Below are positions 52,769 through 64,000 of a DNA stretch of 64,000 bases, piece after piece; position 1 is the first letter of the stretch, and every line of letters begins with the position of its first letter. The notes below the pieces were generated by a model. It searched no databases. It saw only the letters and a program-made list of their open reading frames with translations, and was not told the origin of the DNA. The position numbers and the translations under genes were made by a program. The stretch is from contig JAQGDQ010000364.1 in the NCBI GenBank assembly GCA_030141605.1, positions 62,001-126,000 of the forward strand, read 5' to 3'. Source of the DNA: Tubiluchus corallicola (lineage: Eukaryota > Animalia > Priapulida).

Positions 52769-55337
52769 ATGAGGAAAGTCTTTGTGATTTTGCTAATCAG
52801 TATGGTGGTAAGAATTTTCGCTTATATTTACTACATGAAACTGATAACAAATTTCAATAAATTTCAAATTAAAATATGGCGTTATTCTTAACACATAAAG
52901 CCTTGAATGTCCTTTATAGTCTCACAACGATTATTCATTTATTTCAGTCCTCATCAGCTGAATAGACTGTGCTGACGAACTGAGAGTGACTCTCAGTTGA
53001 GTTGGTCAGGTAAGTTAACTCTTCGGCTAGTAGCAGAGTCTATTTATCTCCCAGGTTAGCAGCAGAGTCTACTTAACTCTCAGGTTAGCAGCAGAGTCTA
53101 TTTAACTCCCAGGTTAGCAGCAGAGTCTATTTAACTCTCAGGTTAGCAGCAGAGTCTATTTAGCTCCCAGGTTAGCAGCAGAGTCTATTTAACTCCCAGG
53201 TTAGCAGCAGAGTCTATTTATCTCCCAGGTTAGCAGCAGAGTCTATTTATCTCCCAGGTTTGCAGCAGAGTCTATTTACTTCTCAGGTTAGCAGCAGAGT
53301 CTATTTAACTCCCAGGTTAGCAGCAAAGTCTATTCAGCTGATGAAGCCCGTTAGGACGAGCCCTCTTGAAATACATAAATAATCATGCAACGAGTTTATA
53401 TAGGCAGGGCCTATTATGCACTAATTAAGTAGTTAAACGAAGCCAAATAGGTAATGATTAAGCAGACCTGAAAAAAAGAAATTGATCTGTAGCTTTGACA
53501 AATATGGTCATTAATGGCTGCATTGTCGAGAATTTTTTAATTTCTTGACAGTTCTAGACGAAATACCCAAATGTTCACAAATTCGTACTTTAAAGTATCT
53601 GGATGTTTTGCCATGATAAATCGGTAATCATTATGAGACTATAAATGCATTCAACGTTTTTGATGTTAAAGACTGCTAGTCTCAGAAGTGCTTTCTTATA
53701 TGTTAAGTATTATTTTGTCGAGTTACGACATATATTGTTTAAACAATTTAAAACATTGTAAGCCAGTATTAATCACTTAACAATGGAGGACCTTAACCAG
53801 TAGCGGGGAGGGGGCTCGTGGCTAAAATCACGGGACGTGCAGCTTCAGAAAATTTTTAGCCATTGTTTTAATACTGTGTTACTGTGTAAAACGAAACAAA
53901 CATGTGTAATTTTAATGTTGTAATTTGCAATTGTAATTTTAAACAAACGCATGCGCACAACAACAAACACACCATTGTGCTTTGCAATTGTAATTTAAAC
54001 AAACGCATGCGCACAACAACAAACACAACATTGTGCTTTGCTGTGAAGCAAACAGTACCTTCACGTGCTCCGAGAGACTTCTATTCAATGTTAGGTAAAT
54101 TGCCGACTGGTTTGTGTATAGATACTGTGGAACTGCAGCATCCCCTATTATCCAATATTCAATATAATAGGTCTTTTTTCTTTAGTCCTTTTTTATATCT
54201 GTACGAAACCAGACTTATTATATCGAATGTTACCGATAATGTTGAGTGAAAATAGGGGGTGCTGCAGCTCCACAGTATCTATACACGAACCGGATCAGAC
54301 AACAAAATAGCTGAGATAGTGTATGGCAGAGAAAACCGTCCAAAAATTTCCCAACCTTTCACTAAGTGGATCTTGCGCTACTGAACTTCGAGGCGAAACA
54401 CACTTTGCTACAAGTCCTTCATTTGTTTCACGTGTTATTTAACGATAACTAAAATTCCAAAATTGATTTTTAGATAGTGGGAAGCTTAGTTAGCGTGGAT
54501 GGTAGGCGCTCACGTCGTAGACGAATGAGACACAGAGTCAGAAAAGATGGTAAGACTTAAAACATTAAATATTATATTAAAAGTTGCAACATCTTAACTG
54601 TTTCGTTTTTTCAAAACAATGTCAAACGGTGACATTCACGAGTTATGTAACAGTTAGTGTACTGGAAAACTTGTGTAACTGTAAATTGGTAACGTTTTTT
54701 CGTTATTTTTACCAAAAGAAATCAAGTTTATTTTTCTCTGTAACATTTCGGGCACGAGTACAAAAATATATAAAGGCAAATAGAGTAGTAATTGTATTAA
54801 TAAAGAAGTATCAAGTCAAAGAGATAAGGTAGCGAATTGTTAAAGAGTCAGCAAACCAGCGACCCCACATTTAGAAATAAGAAAAATTCTTTTGGGTACT
54901 GGTTAATATGGCAGATTAAATAATGATGTTGTCTGCTAAACAATTGCTCATAAAGATCATATCATATATATATATATATATATATACACACAATTTTCGT
55001 CTGTGTAAGTTTGATTTCTTCTATATGTTATCAAGTTATTTACAGCAAAATTAATAAGTAATGCATGTTAAAAAAGAAATTCTAGTTCACAGTTGACTCA
55101 ACTTCAGTTGTAAGCAGCCAACGCCCGAGGAAATCATTAAGATTATTTTGTCATTTTTGTGAAACAGTAACATTAAATACTTGTGTTGCAGTTGGCGATG
55201 ACGCTGGAGAATTCGAAGTTATGATTGGTTCTAGAGAGTCACGTGAGGTAGATGGCTACAACGCAGATATGTCATCAGATAATCACTTTCAAGTGAAGAG
55301 AAGCACTCCACCAGGGACACACGCTCTTTATCATTAA
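52769..55337 (+). CDS. Uncharacterised secreted prepropeptide B, 86 aa, 3 exons
   Basis: Exons 52769-52807, 54474-54549, 55192-55337 (GT-AG, phases 0 and 1) give MRKVFVILLISMVIVGSLVSVDG-RRSRRRRMRHRVRK-DVGDDAGEFEVMIGSRESREVDGYNADMSSDNHFQV-KR-STPPGTHALYH*; TATAAGTA at about 52656. No transcript evidence available. Confidence 0.8.
53010..53335. repeat. 29-bp minisatellite flanked by an inverted repeat
   Basis: Unit CAGGTTAGCAGCAGAGTCTATTTAACTCC, about 11 copies. Confidence 0.93.
54114..54286. mobile_element. Short inverted-repeat element (MITE-like)
   Basis: Arms of about 35 bp: GTGTATAGATACTGTGGAACTGCAGCATCCCCTATT and its near-perfect reverse complement. Confidence 0.7.
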
Positions 55338-56994
55338 AATATTTGAAAAAGTATGCACTTAGCACAATTTGCGTTTATGTGCCATTTAAAACTTGGCGTT
55401 TTTACATGTAGAACAAAATCAATCAATATGCTAATCTTGTAACATTTTACTAGTGATTCGCTTTCACTCAATACATACGATTCTGGTCTCTAAATACTTA
55501 AATTGTTGCAAACTTCGAAAGTCAACCAAATTCGATTCTTGAATTCGCTATAAACTGTTAGAGAATGCTCACCCCTATTGTTTAATCATTGTACGTATAG
55601 AAACCAACCGTCTATAATAAATATTTGCATTGCACACAACAGAAAAGTGTTTATTGAACTATAGAAAAAGATGAATAGAAAGCTCCTGCACTGTGCTGCG
55701 CTGTTATTTTGCCTAAAAAATTACTTTTTACTTGTAAATATTGACAAAAATTGATAATGCAATACACAATAAATTTCATTTTCTGAATGTGCAATTTATT
55801 ACGGTAAACAGTATTTAGAATTGGCTGTACCTTGTCCCTTTCTAGTATAACTGTACAGTTTCGAGCTCTATTGAATGGCTAATGATGAAGCCTTCGAATA
55901 GCATAAATTAGAAAATTAAAATGTTTTTAACCAAACAAACATACATTTCAAAGTTGTTAAAAACATTCTAATTTTCTGTTTGAAAAATTTTAGATCTTGC
56001 TTGTTTTAATTCTTGTATTTATGTTTCTGTTTGCAATTCATTGAATAAACTACATAGTATGGCTCTACTTTCCTGTCTCTGACTGCAATCTGACTGCAAT
56101 CCAAGCTGAAGAAATTACTACAAAACGCTGATTTTGTTCAAGTACAATAACAGTTTATTATTTTATTTACAAATGACAATAAGTAATTAATCATTTAACG
56201 AAATCTTTACAATCAAATGTGTGCAGAATGATGAATCGCGGTTAAATAAATGAAATAACAATGATTAAATAAATGAATATGAATAAATAAATATGAATAA
56301 ATGAATATGAAAGTAATCCGCTGCCCAAACTACTGATTAAATACGAAGAATTAAACATTACATCTATGGAATATCGAAAACTATGACGAAATATTTACAA
56401 ATGCACTGAAAAAAATATAGTATGAAGTAATGGTATATCAAAAACTATAAGAATCTGAAAAATCAAACATAAAATTAATGGAATAATGAAGTATTTACAA
56501 AATGCATAAGAAATAAGAAAAATAAGCAAAGTCTTGAATCGGTGATATACAAAAATACTAATTTAACCAAATGTATCTGTAACAAACTGCACAATAATAT
56601 CAGGATATATATGTAATAGAAATTAAACTTGCAGTGAAAAATATCACTTTGCACGAATGGAGAAATGCATGTAACAGCAAAGAACTTGTGGCGCGAACGC
56701 GAAATTGTGTTTGTGTGGTAATAATTCTTTCACAGAACTCATTTTTGAAAAAAAATAGTGTTTTGCCTTTCAATATTTTAAGGAGTGGTTTGTTTTGACT
56801 TATAGTTTAAGATTAGCTCCAGTTGGGGCAGCTAGGACATCACTCTCTGCCAGTACTGGAGTCGGAATTTCCCTAGACAGGGTCCTTCTCAGATCGTATG
56901 ATTTTACTTGACAGACAGGAATGTCAACTGTTAAATCGTTTCCCTATTTTTCATGGCAGAAATGAGTCTGTAGGCTCAGCTTGTTCAAACTTTT

Positions 56995-57404
56995 CCTGTT
57001 AATATTGCATAGAGACTAGGAATATTGCTGGAGTAAGACTTCCGCTGCTACAGTTGCAGTTCCTGTTAATATTGTACAGAGACTAGGAATATTGCAGGAG
57101 TAAGACTTCTGCTGCTTCTGTTAATATTGCACAGAGACTAGGAATATTGCAGGAGTAAGACTTCTGCTGCTTCTGTTAATATTGCACAGAGACTAGGAAT
57201 ATTGCTGGAGTAAGACTTCCGCTGCTGCAGTTGCAGTTCCTGTTAATATTGTACAGAGACAAGGAATATTGCTGGAGTAAGACTTCCGCTTTTGCAGTTG
57301 CAGTTCCTGTTAATATTGCACAGAGACTAGGAATATTGCTGGAGTAAGACCTGCTGCTGCAGTTGCAGTTCCTGTTAATATTGCACAGAGACTAGGAATA
57401 TTGC
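56995..57404. repeat. 67/56-bp minisatellite
   Basis: Unit CCTGTTAATATTGCACAGAGACTAGGAATATTGCTGGAGTAAGACTTCCGCTGCTGCAGTTGCAGTT. Confidence 0.92.
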
Positions 57405-59529
57405 CTCTCTGTACCTCTCTAATAAACTGAATTAGATTTAGATTAGATTTTAGATTTATTTATTCATCCATTTAGCACATACAGAAATAAAAGTTACAAA
57501 ATTACTAATTAACAGTGCATTACAGTGCTATGAGCGCAGCAGAAGAAATTAACTTATGAGCTATGCTCAACATGGATTGGACTAAATTAATTATATTAAC
57601 AACAACTAAAAAAAATACGTCAAATGAAGCGAAGCAAACAGATGCGACAAAACGGTAATAATGGTTCCGCCTCGCATTACATGGCAAAAAGATGGTGAAC
57701 CGTTGGATCAGAGAAGGGGAAGGGTTCGAGTATTTCCATCTGATGCACTCTATATAGAATCTGCTGAGGTGAATTCAAGATGTTTATTTATGTAACACTG
57801 ATTGTTAACCATCTCGAATATGTGTGCTTGCATAGCAAAATCGTCCATAAGTCGGCAATTAGCCTTTTTTAGTTATTCACATATCTCAAATCTCCATTTC
57901 ATGGGGATCATTTTGATACCAAGCTCATACCTCTATGTTATTCACAAGCTGAGATAATCCACGTTGAAGTTGAGGCTATGAAGTGAAAAACATAACCTTG
58001 AGAAAATCACTGTAAAAGTTAGCCATTGTTTTTTGTTGCGTGTCTTCAAAACCCTTAGCAACCGCACAAATGCTGGTTGCTATGGACTTTGCAAGATCAC
58101 TTTGAAATTATATTTAAATCCAGCAGATGGTTGTTCCTGACAAAGATCTGGGCTTGGCAACAGAAAAAACCCGAAGCAAAGTGACAGCTTTTAGGAGCTA
58201 CTATCGGAGTTTAGTAAATGCTAGAATATAAAAGTCCAATAGATTTACGCTTGTTTTTACAAAAAACAAAGAATTGACATTTGATCAAATTTTTGGGTTG
58301 TTCTACCTTGAAGCATCATAACGTAGTTTTAACTATGCCGACTTATGAACGATTTTGGTTTGCAAGCACACATTTGTCAACTATACATAAGTGGTACCAA
58401 GTTCGTCACTCCATGTTATTTCTATTCTGAGATAATTCACGTTGAAGTTGAGATGCCTACTGCGCACTGAAAAACATAACTTTGAAAAAATCGCTATGAA
58501 AGTTAGCCATTCATGAATTTAATTGAATTGAAATCTTTAAAGTATTCAACTGCTTAAGAGTTGAGATATTTTAAACATGATTGTATAATTATATATTGCG
58601 TAAAGTGTAATTTATTAATTGTTTTTCTTTTGTTTTTAGAAGACTTTGTGCTTCACGTGTTTATAAGGTTGGATCGTAGTCCACATCAGTACAAAAAACT
58701 TAAATCGGCAGCAGCTTCTCCAGTCTCCAGGGAAAAGAAATCAGCATTACGGCAGCAAACTTTGATCATAATTCTTTTATAACTCATTCAATATTAATTT
58801 TATTCTTTATAAATTTTCATTTAAACGGCTGAAACAAACACTACTCAAGTCATTTTTTATTGTTAAAAAATACCTTCTTTTTAATTGGTTGGCTAACTTT
58901 ATGGTAATACAAAATATACCAAAAATGTTAATTACGATGACTACTATACTATACTATAACTGCTATACTATACGTTGCCTACGATTACTACTTCTCAGTA
59001 GTTTTATCTTAGTACACTCACAATGGAATGCCTTTACTTACTTAAGCAACTTGGTTATGCTCCATATGTAAACTTGATGCTCCATTTATCATACCTAATT
59101 CTGAAATCTTCATCAAGATAATTGCGCATATAATTAATTACTAATAGCAATATTACTTACAGGGAGGTTGACTTTGGTAACTTTTAGTTTTTTGCCACCC
59201 TTTCACCAATCAGTTGAATATCATTAACTCAGACAATTTATTCATTTAATAATTTTGTCACTTTGTATCATATTATCGTTTCATGCTCTGTGTTTTTCTT
59301 GTAAAAAGGTGATTAAATGAAGATACTTATACTATCACTGAAAATGCCATTTTGCACAAAGCTTTTATGAATTAATTTTGTACGTATGCATTATTTGCAT
59401 CGTATGTACTGTATTGTGTGATGCCAATGTACATGTATTTGAACAATAAATTAAATTAAATTGAATTGCACAATTTATGGATTATGGAACACCGCCACAT
59501 TCTATGACAACAATTAAAATGGTAAGACC

Positions 59530-62400
59530 TTACCATTCAAGAATTTTGGAAACACAGGAAAGAATTTAAATGGGTCTATAATTTTTCAACTTGGACTTGT
59601 CACCAGCTTTAAAAATTGGATAACCTTAGCTATTTTCAGAAAGTCTGGGACTATACCTGTTGAAAATGACTTGTTAGACATATTAACTAGAGGTTCAGCA
59701 ATACAGTTGATGGATTTTTTAAGGATAATTTGTGATATATCATCATACCCTGTACTGTTTTAATTTTTTAAATTATTTGCCACATTTAAAAGCTCCGCTT
59801 TGTCAATTGGAAGCAACTGCATTGAATTCCTACATGCATTTGGTAAGTATGAAAAATATGATGTATTTGTAGTGGGAATTTTCTGCTAGAGTTGATCCTA
59901 CATCTACAAAATAGTTATTAAAACCATCGGATATTTCTTTTGATGTCATTTATCATTGGGTTATGCTGTGATTTTTTTAAATGTGACTGTTCTATATGAG
60001 AAGTATCTCTTTTATTAATAGCTAAATTTATAATTTTCCATGTTTTTCTCATGTTATTCATATTACTTTTAATTGTATTGGCATAATAATCTTTTTCGGC
60101 TTTTCTTAGTATTGACGTTAAGTTATTTCTATAAGATTTATAATGGTCAATGTTCAGGTCAGTAGGGTTTTTTAATTTTAGCTTATATAATTTATTTTTG
60201 TGTTTAATTGAGTGTATCAACCCGCTTGTTAGCCAAGGTTTATTCCGTGGCTTTACTATTTTTGTGACTAGTGGAAAGCTATCATTGTAAATATTGTAGT
60301 AATCTTTAAAGAAGGATTGAAATGACGAGTCAGGGTTTTGTGACCAGTCATGGGATGCTAGTTTGGACTTGAGGTCTGCGATGGTGCTATCATTAAACAT
60401 TCTAAATTTTGAAACTATTGGTTGTGAATGAAGTGTCACTTTTAAGCTAGTTACTGAATAAATGGGAAAATGGTCAGATATATCACTGTAGAGAATGCCC
60501 GAGTTTAAATTGTCATTTGACACATAGTTTGTAAATATATTATCGATTAAAGTTGCTGAATAAGCAGTAATTCTTGTTGGTTTGGTGATTAAGGGATACA
60601 ATGAATGACTAAGTAGGCAATTGAGAAAGATTCAGTTCCTTCGTGCGAGTCACAGTTAAGCAAGTTTAAGTTGAAATCGCCGCAGATAAAGATGTACTTG
60701 TTGTTTTCATCAATTATTTTAGAGAGAAGGTTATCTAAACCACTAAGAAATACTGGGATACTGGTACCCGTAGGTCTGTATAACACTCCAACTAAGATAT
60801 TTTTTGTAAGTTCTTGGGTAATTTCAACAATCAGTGATTCACAGGTTTGTTCGTCGAAACAGTCTAAGTCACTACTCTGTCTTGCTCTGCCGTTCGATTA
60901 GTATCATTAGTACATATCAAGTGTTGCCAAATTCCATAAATGTTACATAACAGACCATTGTGGTCATTCTGTACCTTGTTAAAACATATTGAACAATTAT
61001 CATTTTGATTATTAGTAATCATAGTAGTTATTGAACGTTAGTACCAGATAATCGTTTCACCTCTGCTTGGTACTTCGGGCAGGTTTTGCTTCTGGCCTCG
61101 TGGTCCCTTTTGCAATTGGAGCACTTCTTTTCGTTGGAGTCACAGTCTGATCTATTGTGCTTGCCAGAGCAGATACCGCACACCACAGTTCTGCTGCACC
61201 ATTTTGAGACATGACCAAAATTTTGGCACTTGAAGCACCGTAGCGGTTTTGGCTTGGTGATAAACTGTTCCACACCACAAATTAGTTGACCGATGGCTAT
61301 TCCTTTCCTGTTGGCTTCATTCAATATGTCCGCTCTACTGAATTTCACTTTTACGAGAGTCATTGGTTTACCACTTTTGAACTTGAAACGTTCTATAGCT
61401 GCATCGTAATCAAATTGCTGGACGTTATGCAGGATTTCATCCTCTGTCATGCTGGGATCACAGTCTCGTACTAGACCCCAGAATTGCATCTTAGGTTTTC
61501 TCGCATTCGTATTGTCACCTAGAAAACATGGCTGCCATTTCTGAAGAATGTCGTTTGCTGTTTCGGTGCCTGGAAGTTGCAGTTGAATTTTTCCAGTTGC
61601 CGTCCTGAAAGCTACTTCAAAACGAGTTCTAGGGAAATAGTGGCTAAGGTTCTTCTTTATAGACATGCTAGTTTTTGGGATGTCTTTATCATTAACGTTC
61701 TCAATGAGTATCGTTCTGTCCGGGTCGTACAAATACGACACACTTTGCTGGCTGGTATTTCTCGTGGTTTTCGCTGTAACTTGACCTAAGTTACGTGATA
61801 CAGCGTCCTTGTATAAACAATTCTGCGATCTCCCCAGTGCTACAAGTTCTCGATTTATGTTCGTAATTTGGTTTTCCATGTTTGTGATTTTGTTGATCAT
61901 GAGTTCCTCTCGTGGAAGATCATCTTCGCTGTTGTTCAGCAGACGAATAATTTCGATCAACTTCTTGTTACTTTTCTCATGGTTTATCAAGCTGTAGGCT
62001 ATTGAAGCTAACGACTTCCTAGAATAACCCAGTAAATCATCAGTTTTTTGGTAAAACAACACTGCTTTCAGTTGAGCTTGCGTAGACAGGGGGTGACTGG
62101 AGTCTGAATGTTTTGAATAGCATTTGTCACAGATAATTGCTATTACTTTTCTTTGCTTGACTAGCCCATTAGATTTCCTGCAGAATTGGCAACTATTTCT
62201 GGTGTTTAGCATAGCACTTGACTGACTCGCGTCGTTGGTATCTGGCATATCGACCCAAGGAAAGCTAGGTGCCAAACTTTTCTATTCATTAGCTAATTAG
62301 CCGGAATAGTTGTAATGATCTTGTTTTGCTAGTCCTAGGCACAGCACGTTAACTGAGATGACCAAATTTCCCGACAAAACTCAACGTGTGGCCAAAAGAA
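59530..62400 (-). mobile_element. CR1/L2-group LINE: intact gag-like ORF1, broken ORF2, 3'-truncated
   Basis: ORF2 relics: APE motifs VGVLYRP, ICGDFNLNLL, KPTRITAYSATLIDNIFTN, SDISDHFPI, KPWLTSG; frameshifts and deletions; ends near SKILE at the start of RT. Confidence 0.92.
61028..62248 (-). CDS. LINE ORF1 nucleic-acid-binding protein with three zinc knuckles (406 aa from first ATG)
   Basis: Open frame with RCFKCQNFGHVSKWC, CGICSGKHNRSDC, CSNCKRDHEARSKTC and a coiled-coil-like segment. Confidence 0.85.
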   Translation of the reverse strand: MPDTNDASQSSAMLNTRNSCQFCRKSNGLVKQRKVIAIICDKCYSKHSDSSHPLSTQAQLKAVLFYQKTDDLLGYSRKSLASIAYSLINHEKSNKKLIEIIRLLNNSEDDLPREELMINKITNMENQITNINRELVALGRSQNCLYKDAVSRNLGQVTAKTTRNTSQQSVSYLYDPDRTILIENVNDKDIPKTSMSIKKNLSHYFPRTRFEVAFRTATGKIQLQLPGTETANDILQKWQPCFLGDNTNARKPKMQFWGLVRDCDPSMTEDEILHNVQQFDYDAAIERFKFKSGKPMTLVKVKFSRADILNEANRKGIAIGQLICGVEQFITKPKPLRCFKCQNFGHVSKWCSRTVVCGICSGKHNRSDCDSNEKKCSNCKRDHEARSKTCPKYQAEVKRLSGTNVQ

Positions 62401-62544
62401 ATTTTGTTTTTTACAGAAAACCTGATAACGCCTTGCTGTAATTTGATTATAGATGGCACTATTGTTTTCCTGGTAACTTTACAATTCTGCTAATACCAAT
62501 TTATACTAAGCATATGCAGGAAAAAACACACAAATCTGCAATCT

Positions 62545-62712
62545 TGTGAGACACGAAAATAACGTGACCGTAACAATCTTTGCACACAACCATTCAACAT
62601 CTAAAAATAGAAACAACGCATGTAGGAATTTGAGACGCGAAAATAACGTGACCGCAACAATCATTGCACACAACCACTCAACATCTAAAAATAGAAACAA
62701 CGCATGTAGAAA
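62545..62712. repeat. Tandem duplication, about 85-bp period
   Basis: ENNVT.TI.AHNHSTSKNRNNACRN appears twice. Confidence 0.85.
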
Positions 62713-62764
62713 TGGTAAAGCTTTGATCCATTGGAAGATGAACATTATCAAGTACCTTTTGTAA

Positions 62765-63482
62765 CTAGTTAGGCAAATTTGTTAGGTCTTTAAAATTAAC
62801 TGCAAGAAGTACGAAACTACTGCAGGCTACCTCGGCTCAAAGTGTAAGGCCTAATGTTTCACATAGATCTCTCTGAATCATGCGAAGTCTCGATTGATTT
62901 TGAAAAGCTGCAATAAATTTTAGTTTTAGTAAACCGCCTGCAGAACTTGGTGAGAGCGTGGTGAATTCTAACAATCAGCAACATTTAAGTTGAGCTCACA
63001 AAAAACGATATTTTCTGCTTTTCGTTTTTGATTGTTGGAACTTATATAGGAAACAATCAGCTACGAAAAGCAGGAACTATCATTTTTATTTTAGTGAGCT
63101 CAACTTAAATGTTCCTGATTGTTAGAATTCACCACGCTCTCACCAAGTTCTGCAGGCGGTTTTCTAAAGCTAAAATTTAATGCAGTTTTTGATAATCAGA
63201 AGAACACAGGCTTATAGGTAACGTTTTAGTTTAGTTGTAAATGATAACAAGCATACCAGGGTTCTGTGAGAATGTTTTGGTTAAAATAAAATCACTCCAT
63301 TGGAATATTAAGAGAGTACTTTGTCTGGGATATTAGGCCTTACGTGATGAGCTGAGAGTCTGCATTTTTAAACTTTAAAAATGAACTTTTTTGAACTCAC
63401 CCTCATCGGCCACATCTTCAGCATGGATAGCAGCAACTACAGCCATGACAACAATCAGTGCATTGATTATGCCGGTCTTCAT
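62765..63482 (-). CDS. Putative small secreted peptide gene C (signal peptide plus acidic segment); downstream structure uncertain
   Basis: Exon 63401-63482 MKTGIINALIVVMAVVAAIHA-EDVADE with GTGAGT donor and an upstream acceptor at 63508; nearest strong acceptor (TTCTTGCAG) gives exon 62765-62799 VNFKDLTNLPN*; TATAAAA on - at about 63836-63842. Confidence 0.55.
62820..63365. mobile_element. Long foldback (palindromic) element
   Basis: Arms 62905-63040 and 63050-63190 are near-perfect reverse complements around a short loop; outer arms GTAAGGCCTAAT / ATTAGGCCTTAC. Confidence 0.85.
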
Positions 63483-64000
63483 TGAAAATCCAAATGTTGC
63501 AATAATTCTGTAAAATATGACGAGGTTTTCATTCATTCACAGCGCAGCCTGGTAGTTACATTTCAATTTTTGCAGAATTCCGTAAATTACGGAACATAAT
63601 CGTGAAAATTTGAATTCTTGTGATGCAATACAAACTACAATAATGACTGCAGCAACCACAATCTCAGTGACAGTGACAATGACTATGACAACATTATAAC
63701 AACAACAATTACAAGTACCGATATAAATAGTTATGATGAAAAAATTAAATTGTTTTATCTTATGCGTCCAAGTGATCTTTGTAAGCTCGTGTCTTGTTCC
63801 TAGAAACTTCTACACAACTCAGATTTTAGAAGGCTTTTTATATCTATAGATGACCTCTTTTTAGAAGGAAATGATACCAAGAAGTTTCATGATCTTTAAA
63901 ACAATGTCGAGTGCGCTGTTAAATATTTTGTAAACTGTTTATAAAATGTTTAAACAATTCGTTAATAAACATGAACAAGCGGAAGCACTTGAAGAGTCAT

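Noticed and set aside
52948-53009. Possible extra exon of precursor B
   Set aside because: In-frame TAG after 5 codons and lies in a repeat arm; the model works without it.

Overview
AT-rich, intron-rich genomic DNA of an invertebrate animal (taxon not determinable from the sequence). Almost all real genes are spliced and are missed by the ORF track; exon chains below were assembled by hand from GT-AG sites and reading phase. Left half: a complete 15-exon BRAP (BRAP2/IMP) gene on + (1959-26503, 588 aa). Middle: a divergent PEBP-family gene on - (three firm 3' exons at 32011-34722, 5' part tentative and possibly carrying an in-frame TGA). Right third: a cluster of small secreted-protein genes. 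It contains a two-domain Kazal inhibitor with 8 Cys per domain (+, 43605-45392), two head-to-head 3-exon prepropeptide genes sharing one design (signal, Arg-rich RRRM peptide, acidic spacer, short C-terminal peptide; - 47484-50665 and + 52769-55337), and a third signal-peptide gene (-, from 63482). This peptide pair is the best candidate for an undescribed system (antimicrobial, toxin or neuropeptide family). The rest is hAT, Kolobok-like and Tc1/pogo-like MITEs, a solo LTR, SINEs, LINE fragments (one with intact ORF1) and many minisatellites, several seeded exactly at splice sites or stop codons.
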